Source: Sphagnum compactum (Eukaryota). From it: a DNA stretch of 64,000 nucleotides. Numbering within the stretch: position 1 is the first letter of the stretch; each line of letters starts with the position of its first letter. The notes under the pieces are model-generated. The model was not told where the DNA came from, did not search any database, and was given only the letters and a program-made list of their open reading frames with translations. Location of the stretch: the NCBI GenBank assembly GCA_965153455.1, contig OZ234493.1:33036213-33100212 (forward strand). The letters are read 5' to 3'. Position numbers and translations under genes: made by a program. This document shows, piece by piece, positions 24,430 to 36,899 of the stretch.

Positions 24430-26283
24430 CCAATGACTTTGGATAGCAGAAATTGGCATGTGGTTTGTGTACATGAGGTTTCATGATTGAAAGAAAAGAG
24501 CATTGTGCATGCCGTTAACATTGGCCATTCATAGTAGAACAAAAATGGTGAAATCTATTGGAAGTTTTTAGATTCAATTGCTATGAGCTAGATCTACACA
24601 TGTAGACGTTGCACCTTTGTGCTCTCAATATGGCAACCTTGGAATCAAGTGGAGTCCAAATGCAAAATTCCAAATACAGTTTGACTATTGCAATGGCCTG
24701 CAATAGAGGGGTTCTCCTCGCCTATTCCTCAATGGAGCCTTTTTCTATGTGGGAAGGGGCTAACCTATCAAAACCTCCAAGTGGGAAAAAGAAAAAATTG
24801 AACTCGAGAAGCAAAATCTATACCACACATTGTGACATGTAGATATCCCATTGATATTCTGCTTGTTATTAAATCCCTTGTTCGTGCAATGGAATGTTAA
24901 CTTAAAACCTGCCTTTGGTGGTGACCCAGTACTCACAATGGTTACCATTGAACAAAAAAAACCCCCAAAAAAATTTGCTTGCTTTTAATCATCATTAGAA
25001 CCCTAGAAATCTCCTAGGCAAACAGGGTCTTCAGTCCAAAATTTAACATTTGGAGGGTTTAATTTAGCCACTACTAGGAGGCCTCACTCAAGGGCCAGGG
25101 TGAACTAACTGGGAGTCAGAGGCTTGGATTTTGTCTTAGGATGGAATATTTATAATGTTTAGAAGCAACCCAAAAACCCTTTACCATGGTACAAGTGTGA
25201 GTCTACCTACCCTGTTGACAGATTCAACTTAAATTCATTAAAAACTAAGATGTTGAAAAAAATTCAGAAATTCCAAAGATAAAAAATTTGTTGAAAGTGT
25301 AAGAAATTTCAAGACAACAATTATGTCTAATTTACTGAAAATTTCAGATCGGCAAATGTGAAAACACAATAATGGCAGACAGACATAGTTGTATCTATGT
25401 ACGTGTTGAAGTGGGAAACACAAAACTTGTAATCACATGAAATTTCAAAAAATATAAATAATAATGAATTTAAAACTAAAATACATAATAAGGAAATTCC
25501 AGAAACTATAGAAAGCTTCAAACCGCAACACACTTGACCATTAATTTTGTAATCTCGCCATCTTCGACAAGCTCCTCTCAATCTGGGTCTTCAACATCCT
25601 CATCTGGGTCTCATTAGAAAAAACTATTTTTTTGAGCTGTCCCTTGCACAAGTTGTGAAAAGATTAAGATTCAGCACATTGTGTCCAGAGTTAGAAAAGC
25701 TTAACTTTTGACTATCCAATTGACCATAGGGTTAGGGTATTGGTACACACTCAAGGCTCCCTTAAGAAGGTGAAAGTATAACTACAAGCCCTGGCCTTAG
25801 GAAACCCCACCTCTGACTTTGTCTACTTCAGACAAAAGATTTATTATGTATGTGAAAAATTTGCACCAGAATCTAACTTGATGAGAGAAAGAACTAAATT
25901 TGAGGATTGTACAAACAATTTTTTCTAAAGTGAACAAAATGGCATAGTCCACCATTCAATACCAAAATTGCATTCTATACATAGGAGATTGACACCGGAG
26001 CAAGTTGGAAAACAGCAAACGGCTATATTCCCTATACCTGCTGGCAATGAAGCATAGAAAGCATGTAAGGAGATGGTTAAATTGGAGATGCCCTTTGTGT
26101 TCATTAGGTCTTATTCAGGACTAGGAATGAGTCATTTGGTCATTGAGAATAGGGTTAAGCAACAGATCTATGTTCTATTTGCTTTATTTGGGGTAGCAAG
26201 TTGCAATATAGCCGTTGTGGGCTTGAGTTTGAGACATAGATCCAAGAATGGGTCTTCTCTTATCAGGAAAGTTGACATAGTAA

Positions 26284-26628
26284 GAGCATCTCCACCAATG
26301 TTCAGTATGTGACCCCCCCCCCTTCCCCACTGGAAATTTTGGATGAGGTTCATGAGTAAAATCCAGTGCTTGGACCCTGTAAAAACTACACAGTTTTCAG
26401 AGCCCTGGACGACCCCTGGAGAAGTCCAATAAACACAATCAAATCGTATTGATTGAGTGCTCCCTCTTTCTGATTGGCTAGATAGTTTGATTGGTCCAAG
26501 TGGGTTGCTATTACTAGTCTCCCACCCACTTCCAGTCACAGTTTCAGTTTTATGGGTGGGGTTGGAAAAAAGTTAGATGTGAGAAATATTTTTGCAGGGT
26601 CACATACTGAGCATTGGTGGAGATGGTC
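26284..26628. mobile_element. Tourist-like (PIF/Harbinger) MITE
   Basis: TIRs gagcatctccaccaatgttcagtatgtgacc / ggtcacatactgagcattggtggagatggtc, with TAA TSD (26281-26283, 26629-26631). Confidence 0.9.
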
Positions 26629-27999
26629 TAATACATCAGATTTCCTCTTTTTGAGATGTGATGTCTAATGCGCTAAGATGCCACATTTCGAATATGATGA
26701 TATCTGTAATCTGATGCAATACTAGGGCCCCCACAATTGGTTTTCCATAATAAATTTCAATTTTTTTTCTCACTAAGATGTATTCTTTCCATATTTGTTT
26801 TCAACTATGCATTTAAGTCATCCAGCATTTCAACTGCCAGTGAGTGAATCAGATTCCATCACCCATTGGGCAGCTAAGATCTTTTTTCAGTTGCACACAA
26901 AGGGCCATAATCATTTTTCGTAACCCACAAACAATTGAGATCACATTTGATTGTTAACAACAGTAGAGATCCATTCTTCCAATGTACCCTAATAGTCACC
27001 ATTGACCAGGTAAAATTCTAGGTCAAAACCAGTGTTGCGTGTTCTTGACTTTTATAAAGAATTAGTGTCATATTTCTTACAGAGGAGGATCTAAGATCAA
27101 AACCTGTGCTGTGAAGCAAAAACATTTATTCAGAACATTGGTGATGGATGATATGCAGATATTTTTAAATTTTAATGAAATTTTGTCAAAAATTTATATA
27201 TATATATGCATTAAAATAATTTTTTTCAAAATAAAATAATTATTCGACAACAAGATGCCAAACCTGAAAAGGTACTATGGTATTTAGAAAGGTTCCAGTT
27301 CAAAAAAAAACACATTAAAATGATTCTGGTTTCTGGTTCCACAACAAAAATGGAACAGGCCTGATTCTTAAAAACATAAATTCCAATTCTGAAAATCAGA
27401 CCCAGATTCGGTTTAATTCCAAGTAAACAGAACCGACAATTAATTTGCCAGTTACCCTCTGGTTAGCCCCATGCATGTTTTTTTAAAATTATTTATTTTG
27501 TTATGCATGTTCTACTATTCCAGGCAAAATGTGCCTAGGTTTTGATCATATCACATGTTCACATAATAAATAAAAGAAAAACACCTAGCAAAGGAACAAG
27601 AGAAGACAAAAAGAAAGAACCGAAGTCCAAACAAAAAATCACACTTAAAAACACAGAACGCGCAATGAAGAGCCCTAAGAGAAAATAACACAAAACGAGG
27701 ACTTAAATCCACCACCAACTCATCCCCTTTGAGTTTTTGCATAGTCAAATAGACTATGTACAAGAATACAAAAAAAAGTGACACTGTGACAATATTTTGA
27801 TATTTTTTATAACATTCAGACTTTAGTAACATGAAGCTGTTTACTGTTTACAATTATACGTCCGTTTGGGACCAGAGAGTCCATTAGACGAAAGGTAGAT
27901 CATGTAGACCATAGTAACATGAAGCAAATCGTGTAAGAGATGGACAAATCACATAATCATTATTACATATGATATCTTATTATCTTTTGTGATGCAATC

Positions 28000-28706
28000 C
28001 AGTGTCGTGCATGTAAATGGTTTGAGACTTACACTCTGTGTAAGTGTAAATCCCATAATGAAATTTATTTAAACTCTTTGCAAGTGTATAATAGTTATAG
28101 TTATGCTCCCACAACTAATTCATATGACTTTGCAAGAAAGTCTGGTCATTAAAGATATATATTAGAATTATCTATAAGGTAAGAAAAACGACACTTGAAC
28201 CCTGAGTTTGATCAAAAATAGGGTGTGATTCAAAACAATAAAAAAATTAGCATTCAAGGGTGGGGGTTTAGGGGGACCTCAATTTTTATGGTCAACTGAG
28301 TTTCACCATGTCTTTTCTTTTTCTTTAGCGCTGCATATATTTTCACTGCTCCTACTTGTAAAGCTACTATAATTAGTCTTGAACCTTGTGCATTAAATGC
28401 TGACTTTCAGCATTTCATTCTCAGATTTAATAAAAATTTCTTATTTTATGGATACACCTGAAAGAAAGAAGGGTGAGTTTACAAATAATTTTAGTATTTA
28501 CACCTACATGCCCCAAACCATTTACAGGGGCCATCTAAGTGTATTCGACAAATTATTTACACTGACCTCATGTAAAATATATATATATATACACTGCAAC
28601 AAGATAAGTGTAAGTGTAAAAAATTTGGACATGTGAGTGTAAATGATTTACACGGACACTGGATTTACATACCGTACAACTATTGACACTTATACACACA
28701 ACCCTG
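28000..28706. mobile_element. Non-autonomous hAT element, copy 2 (inverted, internally deleted relative of 21075-22020)
   Basis: cagtgtcgtgcatgtaaatggtttg...tattgacacttatacacacaaccctg is the reverse complement of copy 1 with gaps. TSD atgcaatc / atgcaatt. Confidence 0.85.
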
Positions 28707-29390
28707 ATGCAATTCTCATCAAAACAAACCCCCCCCCCCCCCCCTCCCACACACATAAGCTAATGATGTACAAAACAACAAGTTGTTTACAACAAGCACC
28801 TAAAAGTAACATGTTTGTCATATGTGGCTTGATGAAGTCATTGATGAGTTGCCATGTGTCATGTCATTTCAACAAAGTATTAATTAATGCTAGTTGACAT
28901 GGATTAATAGGTGTCTTGCATATTGTGATTAGATTGTTAGCAGTGCTTGTTCATGTGTGTGTCAAATGTCATGTATTTGTGGAGTTAAATGTGGGGTTGG
29001 ACAAGGCCTTCATCTGACCCCACATTTTGAAAATATGCCCCACCCATGGGCTTACCCACCACCATATAGCACAAGGCAAACTTTGTCATGAGGTTTTACA
29101 TACTTGGATCAAGATCTTTTGCATCATCCTACTTGGGAAGCAGATGGACCTTACACCTAGTATGAATAAGATCCTTCCTCCTTTCTAGGTGAGAATTTGG
29201 AATATTAATTTCCTCCAAATATATAGGAAAAAGATTTGGGTGTTTTCTTCAGAGTGTTAAGCTGGGTGTGTAATTTGATGTAATTAAACAATTACCTATG
29301 TAATTGTTTTAGTGGATAAGTTTGGTGATTTACTTGTTAATAGGATTTTATAATTTAATTTAGTCATGATGCATTGACTTTCACATATTA

Positions 29391-29869
29391 ATTTATATGA
29401 AACTCATGGGAAACCATGTGTTTAGTTTCTTTTTGAATATTTTATGTGAAATCGCATGAAGAACCATGTGTTTAGTTTCTTTTTGAATATTTTATGTGAA
29501 ATCGCATGAAGAACCATGTGTTTAGTTTCCTTTTGAATATTTTATGTGAAATCGCATGAAGAACCATGTGTTTAGTTTCCTTTTGAATATTTTATGTGAA
29601 ATCGCATGAAGAACCATGTGTTTAGTTTCCTTTTGAATATTTTATGTGAAATCGCATGAAGAACCATGTGTTTAGTTTCTTTTTGAATATTTTATGTGAA
29701 ATCGCATGAAGAACCATGTGTTTAGTTTCCTTTTGAATATTTTATGTGAAATCGCATGAAGAACCATGTGTTTAGTTTCCTTTTGAATATTTTATGTGAA
29801 ATCGCATGAAGAACCATGTGTTTAGTTTCCTTTTGAATATTTATGTGAAATCGCATGAAGAACCATGTG
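29391..29869. repeat. Minisatellite, 50-bp unit, about 9.5 copies, nearly identical
   Basis: Unit gaaccatgtgtttagtttcYttttgaatattttatgtgaaatcgcatgaa recurs at 29461, 29511 and so on to 29811, with no unique spacers. Confidence 0.95.
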
Positions 29870-31661
29870 ATGTATAAACTTTAGGTAATTTCTTAGTTAG
29901 TTTCATTTTGGATAATATATAAGTGGGTGTTGGTGACCTTGAAAAGGACCTTTGACTTGATGAAAAATTTGTTGTATGATTGTAAAGTTTGTTGGAGTAG
30001 AATTGTGAAAGGATTCGAGATTTTAATTTTGAAAGGTTTTGGTGTTGTTTATGTGTAATTGATAGTAGGAGAATGGTGTGGCATACTAGTTATGCATAGA
30101 CAATAGAAAGGTGAGGAAATATTTCTACAACCAAGAATATAGATTTCCATAGCTATGTAACAAACATACATAGTTTCGATCCTAAACCCATTTGTGATCT
30201 ACAGGTGCATCTAAGTGTTGGCTATTTCTTAGGTTCTAAAAGGAATTGTCAATTTCAATTCCTAAAATTTTCAAAGGTTTTGATTCTAATTCAATTTTGG
30301 TTCTTTTCGTTTAAGGAATTGGAATTCAGTTTTGGTTTAAATTCTGGTTTTTTTCTAAAGCGATTTCAATTCCAATTCTAAAAGCTAGTTTCAAATTGAA
30401 CCAATGTGAGTTACCAGTTCCATAACCTTCAATTCTAGTCCCAATATGCAAAACAACCCAAAACCTTAAAAAATTGGAATCTAATTTGAAATTGAACTAG
30501 TTTTGAGTCCTGATTACATAATTGGCAGTTATAGTTTCAATATGCAAAAGAGCCTAAAAACTTGAAAATACCCACTTTTCTATTTGATGAAAAAATAATT
30601 ACAAATGAGTGAACATGAACCTTAAAAAAACACTAACAAAAGGACCAATGTCAAAAATTACATTGAGAGCAACAAGGTCATAACCAAAATAAGAGGATGA
30701 ACAAACATGATAAGATATTTTATCCTTGTGATCTCACAAGTGGTTTTTTGACTCGTGTAAATGAAGATAAGAAATTATGTTTAACATTTGTGGACCCACA
30801 ACTTGTTTTTTTCAACACACATGGTGTAAAAAAAATGATTGCATAATTACGGGCCCACAAATGGTTTTTTTATTCACGTAGGTGAAGAAAATAATTTGAT
30901 ATTGCACACTTGATTTTTTTGACTCATGCAAGAAAAGAAAAAAAAATGTTGCAAACTTATGGGTTCACAAATAGTATTTCCCACCCGTGGGCTCACAAAT
31001 TTTTTTGTTAACTCACATAGGTGATGAAGCATAACAATATTTCACCCTTGTAGTCCCATAAGTGTTTTTTGAATCATATAGACGATCAAAGCAAAAGGAC
31101 AAACATCTTTAAAGAATGATGACCAAAGCAAGAGGAAACACACTTACCAATTAACCATTGCAATGACCATCACCACCATCGTAACACCTCAATTTACAAT
31201 CACCATTGTTGCCACCAAGAAAACAAACACCATGAAAACAACGCATAACCCCTAAATCAACTGTAAAATATAGTGTTGATAATCAAAGCAAGAGGACAAG
31301 TAATAACAACATCACAAAAGTCGATGAATAACTCACCGTAAGTAAAAAGGAAAAAGATTGGTTAAGGTAAGTTTTAGGTATCAAGATCCAAGGCCGCCAA
31401 TTCTTACCAACAATCTAAAAACCCAACCAACACTAGTGCATTACTATATTAAAGGGCTTAAGACTTGTGATACAACCCCTTATTTTGGAAATGTCACCCA
31501 CCAAGATGTGTTTGACCAAGAGTTCATCAAAGCATAAGTCAAGTCATAATGGACCTAAACATATATAAATCTTAGAACATGGGAAGGGAAGGGTGAACCT
31601 AAACATATATAAATCCTAGAACATGGGAGGGGTAAGGGTTGTTTTACAAACTCCTTAAGAA

Positions 31662-34600
31662 TGGCTTGATTAACCCAACCTTCATGACTACACCCATTCC
31701 ATTTTGGATGAACTTGAATCCATCCAAATTATTGGACCTTTTAAAAGAATTGAAATTAGGTCACTTTCTTTTCTTACCTACCTACCCATAAAAAATAAAT
31801 TTGCCCATCTACCCACCTTCCCCACCCAAGCTACTTAACTATCACGTCCATCTTCCCATCTACACCCCACCCATCTATCTCTATCTGTCAAGCCTACCAT
31901 CACACCACCCATTCTTGGCTTAACATTTGTCTTTTGGCAAAACCTTAATCTCTTCGTAACTAAACTTTTACTTATTGGCAAAACCTTTATATATTTCTAG
32001 CTAAACCTATTTATTCTTAGTTAAACCTCTACCAATTGGCAAAACTTTTACTTAATAACAAAACCTTTATATTTTTTTGGTTAAACTTTTACCACTTGAC
32101 AAAACCTATATTTCCTCTTAACTAAACCTTTGCCTCTTGGCAAAACCTTTTTGTTTCTTAGTTAAACCTTTATTTATCAACAACACTTTTATATTTTCCT
32201 AATTCATAAACCTCTACCCTTTAGTAAAACATATGTCTCTTTTTGGCTAAACCTTTACCATTTGCTAAAATCTTTATTTTGTCTTAGCTAAACCTTTGCA
32301 CCTTAGAAAACTTTTTTTTCTTGGCTCAACTTGTGCCTCTTGGCAAAACCTCTTTTTTATTTTAAACCTTTACCTTCCAACAAAACCTTTTTGTTTATTG
32401 ACAAAACTTTTATCTCTTCTTGGTTAAACTTCTACCTTTTGATAAAACTTCTTTGTGTATTTGCAAACTACCATTCTTAAAAAACCCAAGCCATGAATGT
32501 TCACATTTTGAACAACTTACAAGCACAACAAATTCGTAATGAAAAAAAAAGCAATTGATCGAACAAATAAAAAGGTTGAAACTAAATGGAATCAAATTCA
32601 AATTGAAGCGCAACATTTCAAAAAAGAACAACCTTTTTTGAAAATTAACCTCTAACAAATTATTACACATCACTGGCATACCCTTGTGGAAGATGGAGTG
32701 CATTATGCACCATCTGACGAATTGAAAAGGATGATGATCTTGTTGAAACAACTTAAGTGAATAAGATTGGTTATGCAAAGCCTCGTAGTCTCACACGGGG
32801 TGCTCACAATTGGAATTTTGAATCCAACATGTCTAATCAAGATAAAGAAATGCAAATCATGCACAAATACCACGAATCATGACCAATAAATTTGTAAACA
32901 CTTAACCTTTTTTTTACATTGTTTTTCCATCATACATTTGAATCATGACACTAGTTTTCTTTTAATCATTAGGCTTCAAAATACCACAAAGGAGGCTTTT
33001 GTGACAGATGCAGTTTGGTTGCCCTTCAACTTCAACAATTTTTCACCCATCACCATGCAACAAAGGTTGTAAAAACTAAAACTTATTAAAAAAAACATGA
33101 GCATTTTTATGACTTTTGCTCGAATAAAGGTGCACTTTAGATCATAATGTTAAGCCATTGTAGCCTAGCTTGAGATGGGAAAGTTTTGTATTGCACCAAC
33201 ATTTTTGTGTTGTGTTCATTTTTTATACAATTTTTTAATTTTCCACAAATTTTTATTTTCCCAATTTGGAATATATTTTCCCTATCACACTATGTCATAT
33301 TCCACATGCATGTTTCAATCCACTACAAACAAATTAAATTAAAGCAAAATTAACTAGCAGTACCTTCATCTTTACGTGTAAACATCAAGTATGGGCATGC
33401 CTGATTTTGTTTTCAATCCTTAAGTTGCAATACTTGCATCAAAGAAAGTTTAGAGTCATTTTTAATGTGGCCACAAATGTAATTCTGTCATTATTCTTGT
33501 AGTGTAATATTACCATAGTAACCTTCTCACAATATGTACATAAAAATGTATTATGTAACCTCACCAAAAGCCCCCTTTTGATTTGATAGGATTTTATTAC
33601 ATGGAAGTATTGCAAAAGTTTGTTCCTTCATCATTTAAGGTTTACTTAAGCACATCTTTTCCACCAAACGCAATACTTGCATCTAATGGACCAAATGCAA
33701 TAGGAAATAGTTAAAATACAAAATAAATGAATAATTATTTATAATAATGATTTGTTATACTTTTCTATAAGTTATAATATTTAACATATTGTCAACTATC
33801 ATATTAAACAACCTATTCATAAAATTTTGATTATCAAATTACATACCAATATTGCAAGTTTGTAATTCAAGAAGTAAATAATACCATTAAACTTTAGATT
33901 GAACATTTATTCAAATTAACCTTGAACCTACATCTTAATTGTATTAATATGGAATTGTAGTGATTTGTTTTGGCATTTTTCTTTTAGAAAATAATCTTCA
34001 ATAACATGGTATACAAAATTGCTTGGAATGTTTTTCCAAAAAATCACCACATTTATGAAATCATCAAGATTTTTGGAATTTTAGTGTTTTAAACATTTGA
34101 AATCGCAATATTTAATTTGTAAAATCTAGTGGTTGGCCAACATATTGAGTTCCTCGATTTTTTACTTCTCTATTTGTTTTGTAACTAGATTTGGTTAAAC
34201 CCAAGTAAATAACACAATGAATTTCAGAATATTTTAGCCCTTTTATCAATAGTTATATAACAATATAAATCAGAAATTTATTATAAACCATAGAAAATAT
34301 TGAAATTTAAAATTAACAAAAAATAATACACAATGGAAAACAAAAATGTTTTAGAACTAATTATGCTTTGAATTATAAAGTTAATCAAATAAAAATTTGA
34401 ATGAATGGAAACATTAGCCCTTAAGTTTAAAGCTAATTACCCCAAAATAATTATATACATTCCTAAACAATTCTAGTGGTAGATGTCATAAAACTTAACA
34501 ATTATATAAACATATACAAATGTCATTAAAATGATTTTCTAGGAGTGAAAGATGCATTAAAATGAACATCATGAAATGAAAAAATTAAATGAAAAAAACA

Positions 34601-36219
34601 AAAAATTATTCTTTTACCTTTAATGTGGTCTCTCCAAGTTGAAAGCACAACTTGAGACTTCTCTACTCATTTTCAAAAGAGATAAAATGAGTCTTATTGC
34701 AAATATGTGTAAATGAAAACTTTCCCCCAAAATCCAACCTAGGATTGATTTTAATTAATATTCAAAAAATGTGAAAAAATTCGTAAATGTTTTATGTCTC
34801 TTTAACTTTAAATTTATCAAGCCTATTGCTTAATTAAATCAGATGTTTATTGCTTAATTAAAGAAAGTACATCTTGTGCATTAAATGGTCCAAAGTGGAG
34901 GTGAATTAGGTTTTAAATTGCCACCACAATATTTTCAATGATTATAATACCCACATTTGGGGCTAGTGGCTTATTGTCATCATGGGTTTCAATAGGATTA
35001 AAATAGATATTAGTGGGCTATTTGTAATACTTGCCTTTTACATTATAATTTCATCAATCAAAATTCAATCTTCAAGTGTATAGGCAAGTATGATGATGGG
35101 TGGGTAGGTAGGTTTTGCCAAAAGGTACAAGTTTAACTAAGAAGTAGAAAAGTATTGTTAAAAAGTAAAGTGGTATTGCCAAAAAAAATAAGTTTTGCCA
35201 AAAAAAATTAACCTAAAAAAAGTAGAGGTTTTCACATGAGGTAAGGTTTAACCATGATGAGATAAAGGTTTTGCTAAAAGGTAGCGATTTAGCCAAAAAA
35301 CATTTACCAAAACATAAAAGCTTTGCCATAAAGTATAGATATTTAGTCAAAAAGTATAAAGATTTTGTAGCCCACTAATAATAAGGTTTAACTAGGAAAT
35401 AGAAGTTTTATCAAGAGGTAAAGGTTTAGTTAAAAATCAAAGAGGTTTTGTTAAAAAATAGAGGTTTTAAAGTAAGGAAAAAATAAAAAATTTACCAAGA
35501 ATAGAAGCTTAACCAAAAACCAAAGATTTTTTATAAAAAGGTAAAAGTTTTGCTAAGAAAAAATAACAGTTTTGCCAAGAAATATTAAAATTTTGTCCAA
35601 AGGTAAAGGTTTTCAAGTAAAAAAAAAGGTTTTGCTAAAAAGTAGAAGTTCAACCAAAAAATAAAAGGTTTTGCTGAAAAACAAAAGTTTAACTAAGAAA
35701 AAATAAAGGTTTCGCCAAGTGGTAGAGGATTAACCAAGAAATTAAAAGACAAAGGTTTTGTAATTAGATAAAACCTTTATATATTCTTGGTTAAGGTTTA
35801 ACTAGGGAGTAAAATTGTTTTGCCAAATGATAGAGGTTTAACCATGAAAAAAAAGGTTTAACCAAGAAAATATAAAAGTTTTGTCAAGAAATAAAGATTT
35901 AGCCAAAAAGAGATAGAAGTTTTGCTAAGTGGTAGAGGTTTTGCTAATAAAGGATAAAAAGTAAGTAGATAGGTAAGGCCAAGATGTAGGTGAATAGGGT
36001 ATTTAGATTTGTAGGGTAGCTAAGTGCAAGGGTAGTATAGAGGTCGGGGTTGGGAAAAAAGGCCAAGAAAAATAAAATAAACCAAAAGTTAACAACCAAA
36101 AAACATTAATTATAGTATTATGTTGGTTAACAAAAGGTCAAGAATTCAATGAAAAAACCACCCCATATTAAAGATAAAATGGCCAACTAGTGTAGTCATA
36201 AGGTTGGTTCATTCTGGCC
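31662..36219. mobile_element. Putative large fold-back/TIR element with mirror-image degenerate subterminal arrays
   Basis: An aaacct-motif array (about 31930-32460) is mirrored by an aggttt array (about 35110-35950). Outer inverted match aacccaaccttcatgactacac / gtgtagtcataaggttggtt. No TSD or ORF recognised. Confidence 0.55.
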
Positions 36220-36899
36220 AAAAACAAACGACTTTGGTCTAAGACATCCAAACCAATGTTGTCTGGATATGAAGATTTGAAGTTATGCCTAGGTTATTAA
36301 TATGGCATTTAAGAAAAAAACCTCTAAAATAAGGATATGTATAAAAATAATTAACAAATGCATTTGTTATAACAAACTTTTGTTTTTTTGTCATTTGGCA
36401 TATATGGATTTATCAGTTTTCAAACTTAGAATAACTTCAAGATATGTACAACATTTAAGGATAAAATTTTAAAGTTATGAGTTTTTTTTGCAATCCCACA
36501 TTTGCCCTACAAAAGCAAAAACGTTTCTACAAAACTAAGAACTTATGGGGGATTGAACTTTAGTTCCTTATAAAATTTTGCCTAATGTGCAACACAAGTT
36601 TCTTACCCCAACACACCCCAAATATACCCCACTTGTTACCTAGTAGCATCCAACCCCACACAACACAACTATAAGCTCCATCATCTCTTTTGTTGAATAG
36701 CTCTAGAAGTACAGCTTATAGGCTCACAAGTTCTTTCAAATGCAAACCATTATTCATGTTTGAAATTTTAGCAATCTAAAAAAGCCCAAAAAACAAGGAA
36801 TTTTTTTTTTATCTTACCTTTTAACCATTATTCAATTCTATTTACTCAAAATAATTTGATTCCTCAATCAAGTCATAATTTTCTTCAGCTAACAAACTT

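Noticed and set aside
25540-26070. Short exon-like fragments (DPDEDVEDPD*EELVEDGE on minus; EIDTGASWKTANG on plus)
   Set aside because: Too short, with no family recognised and no consistent gene model.
29391-29869. CRISPR-like array
   Set aside because: Contiguous identical 50-bp units with no unique spacers, no cas genes and a eukaryotic context.
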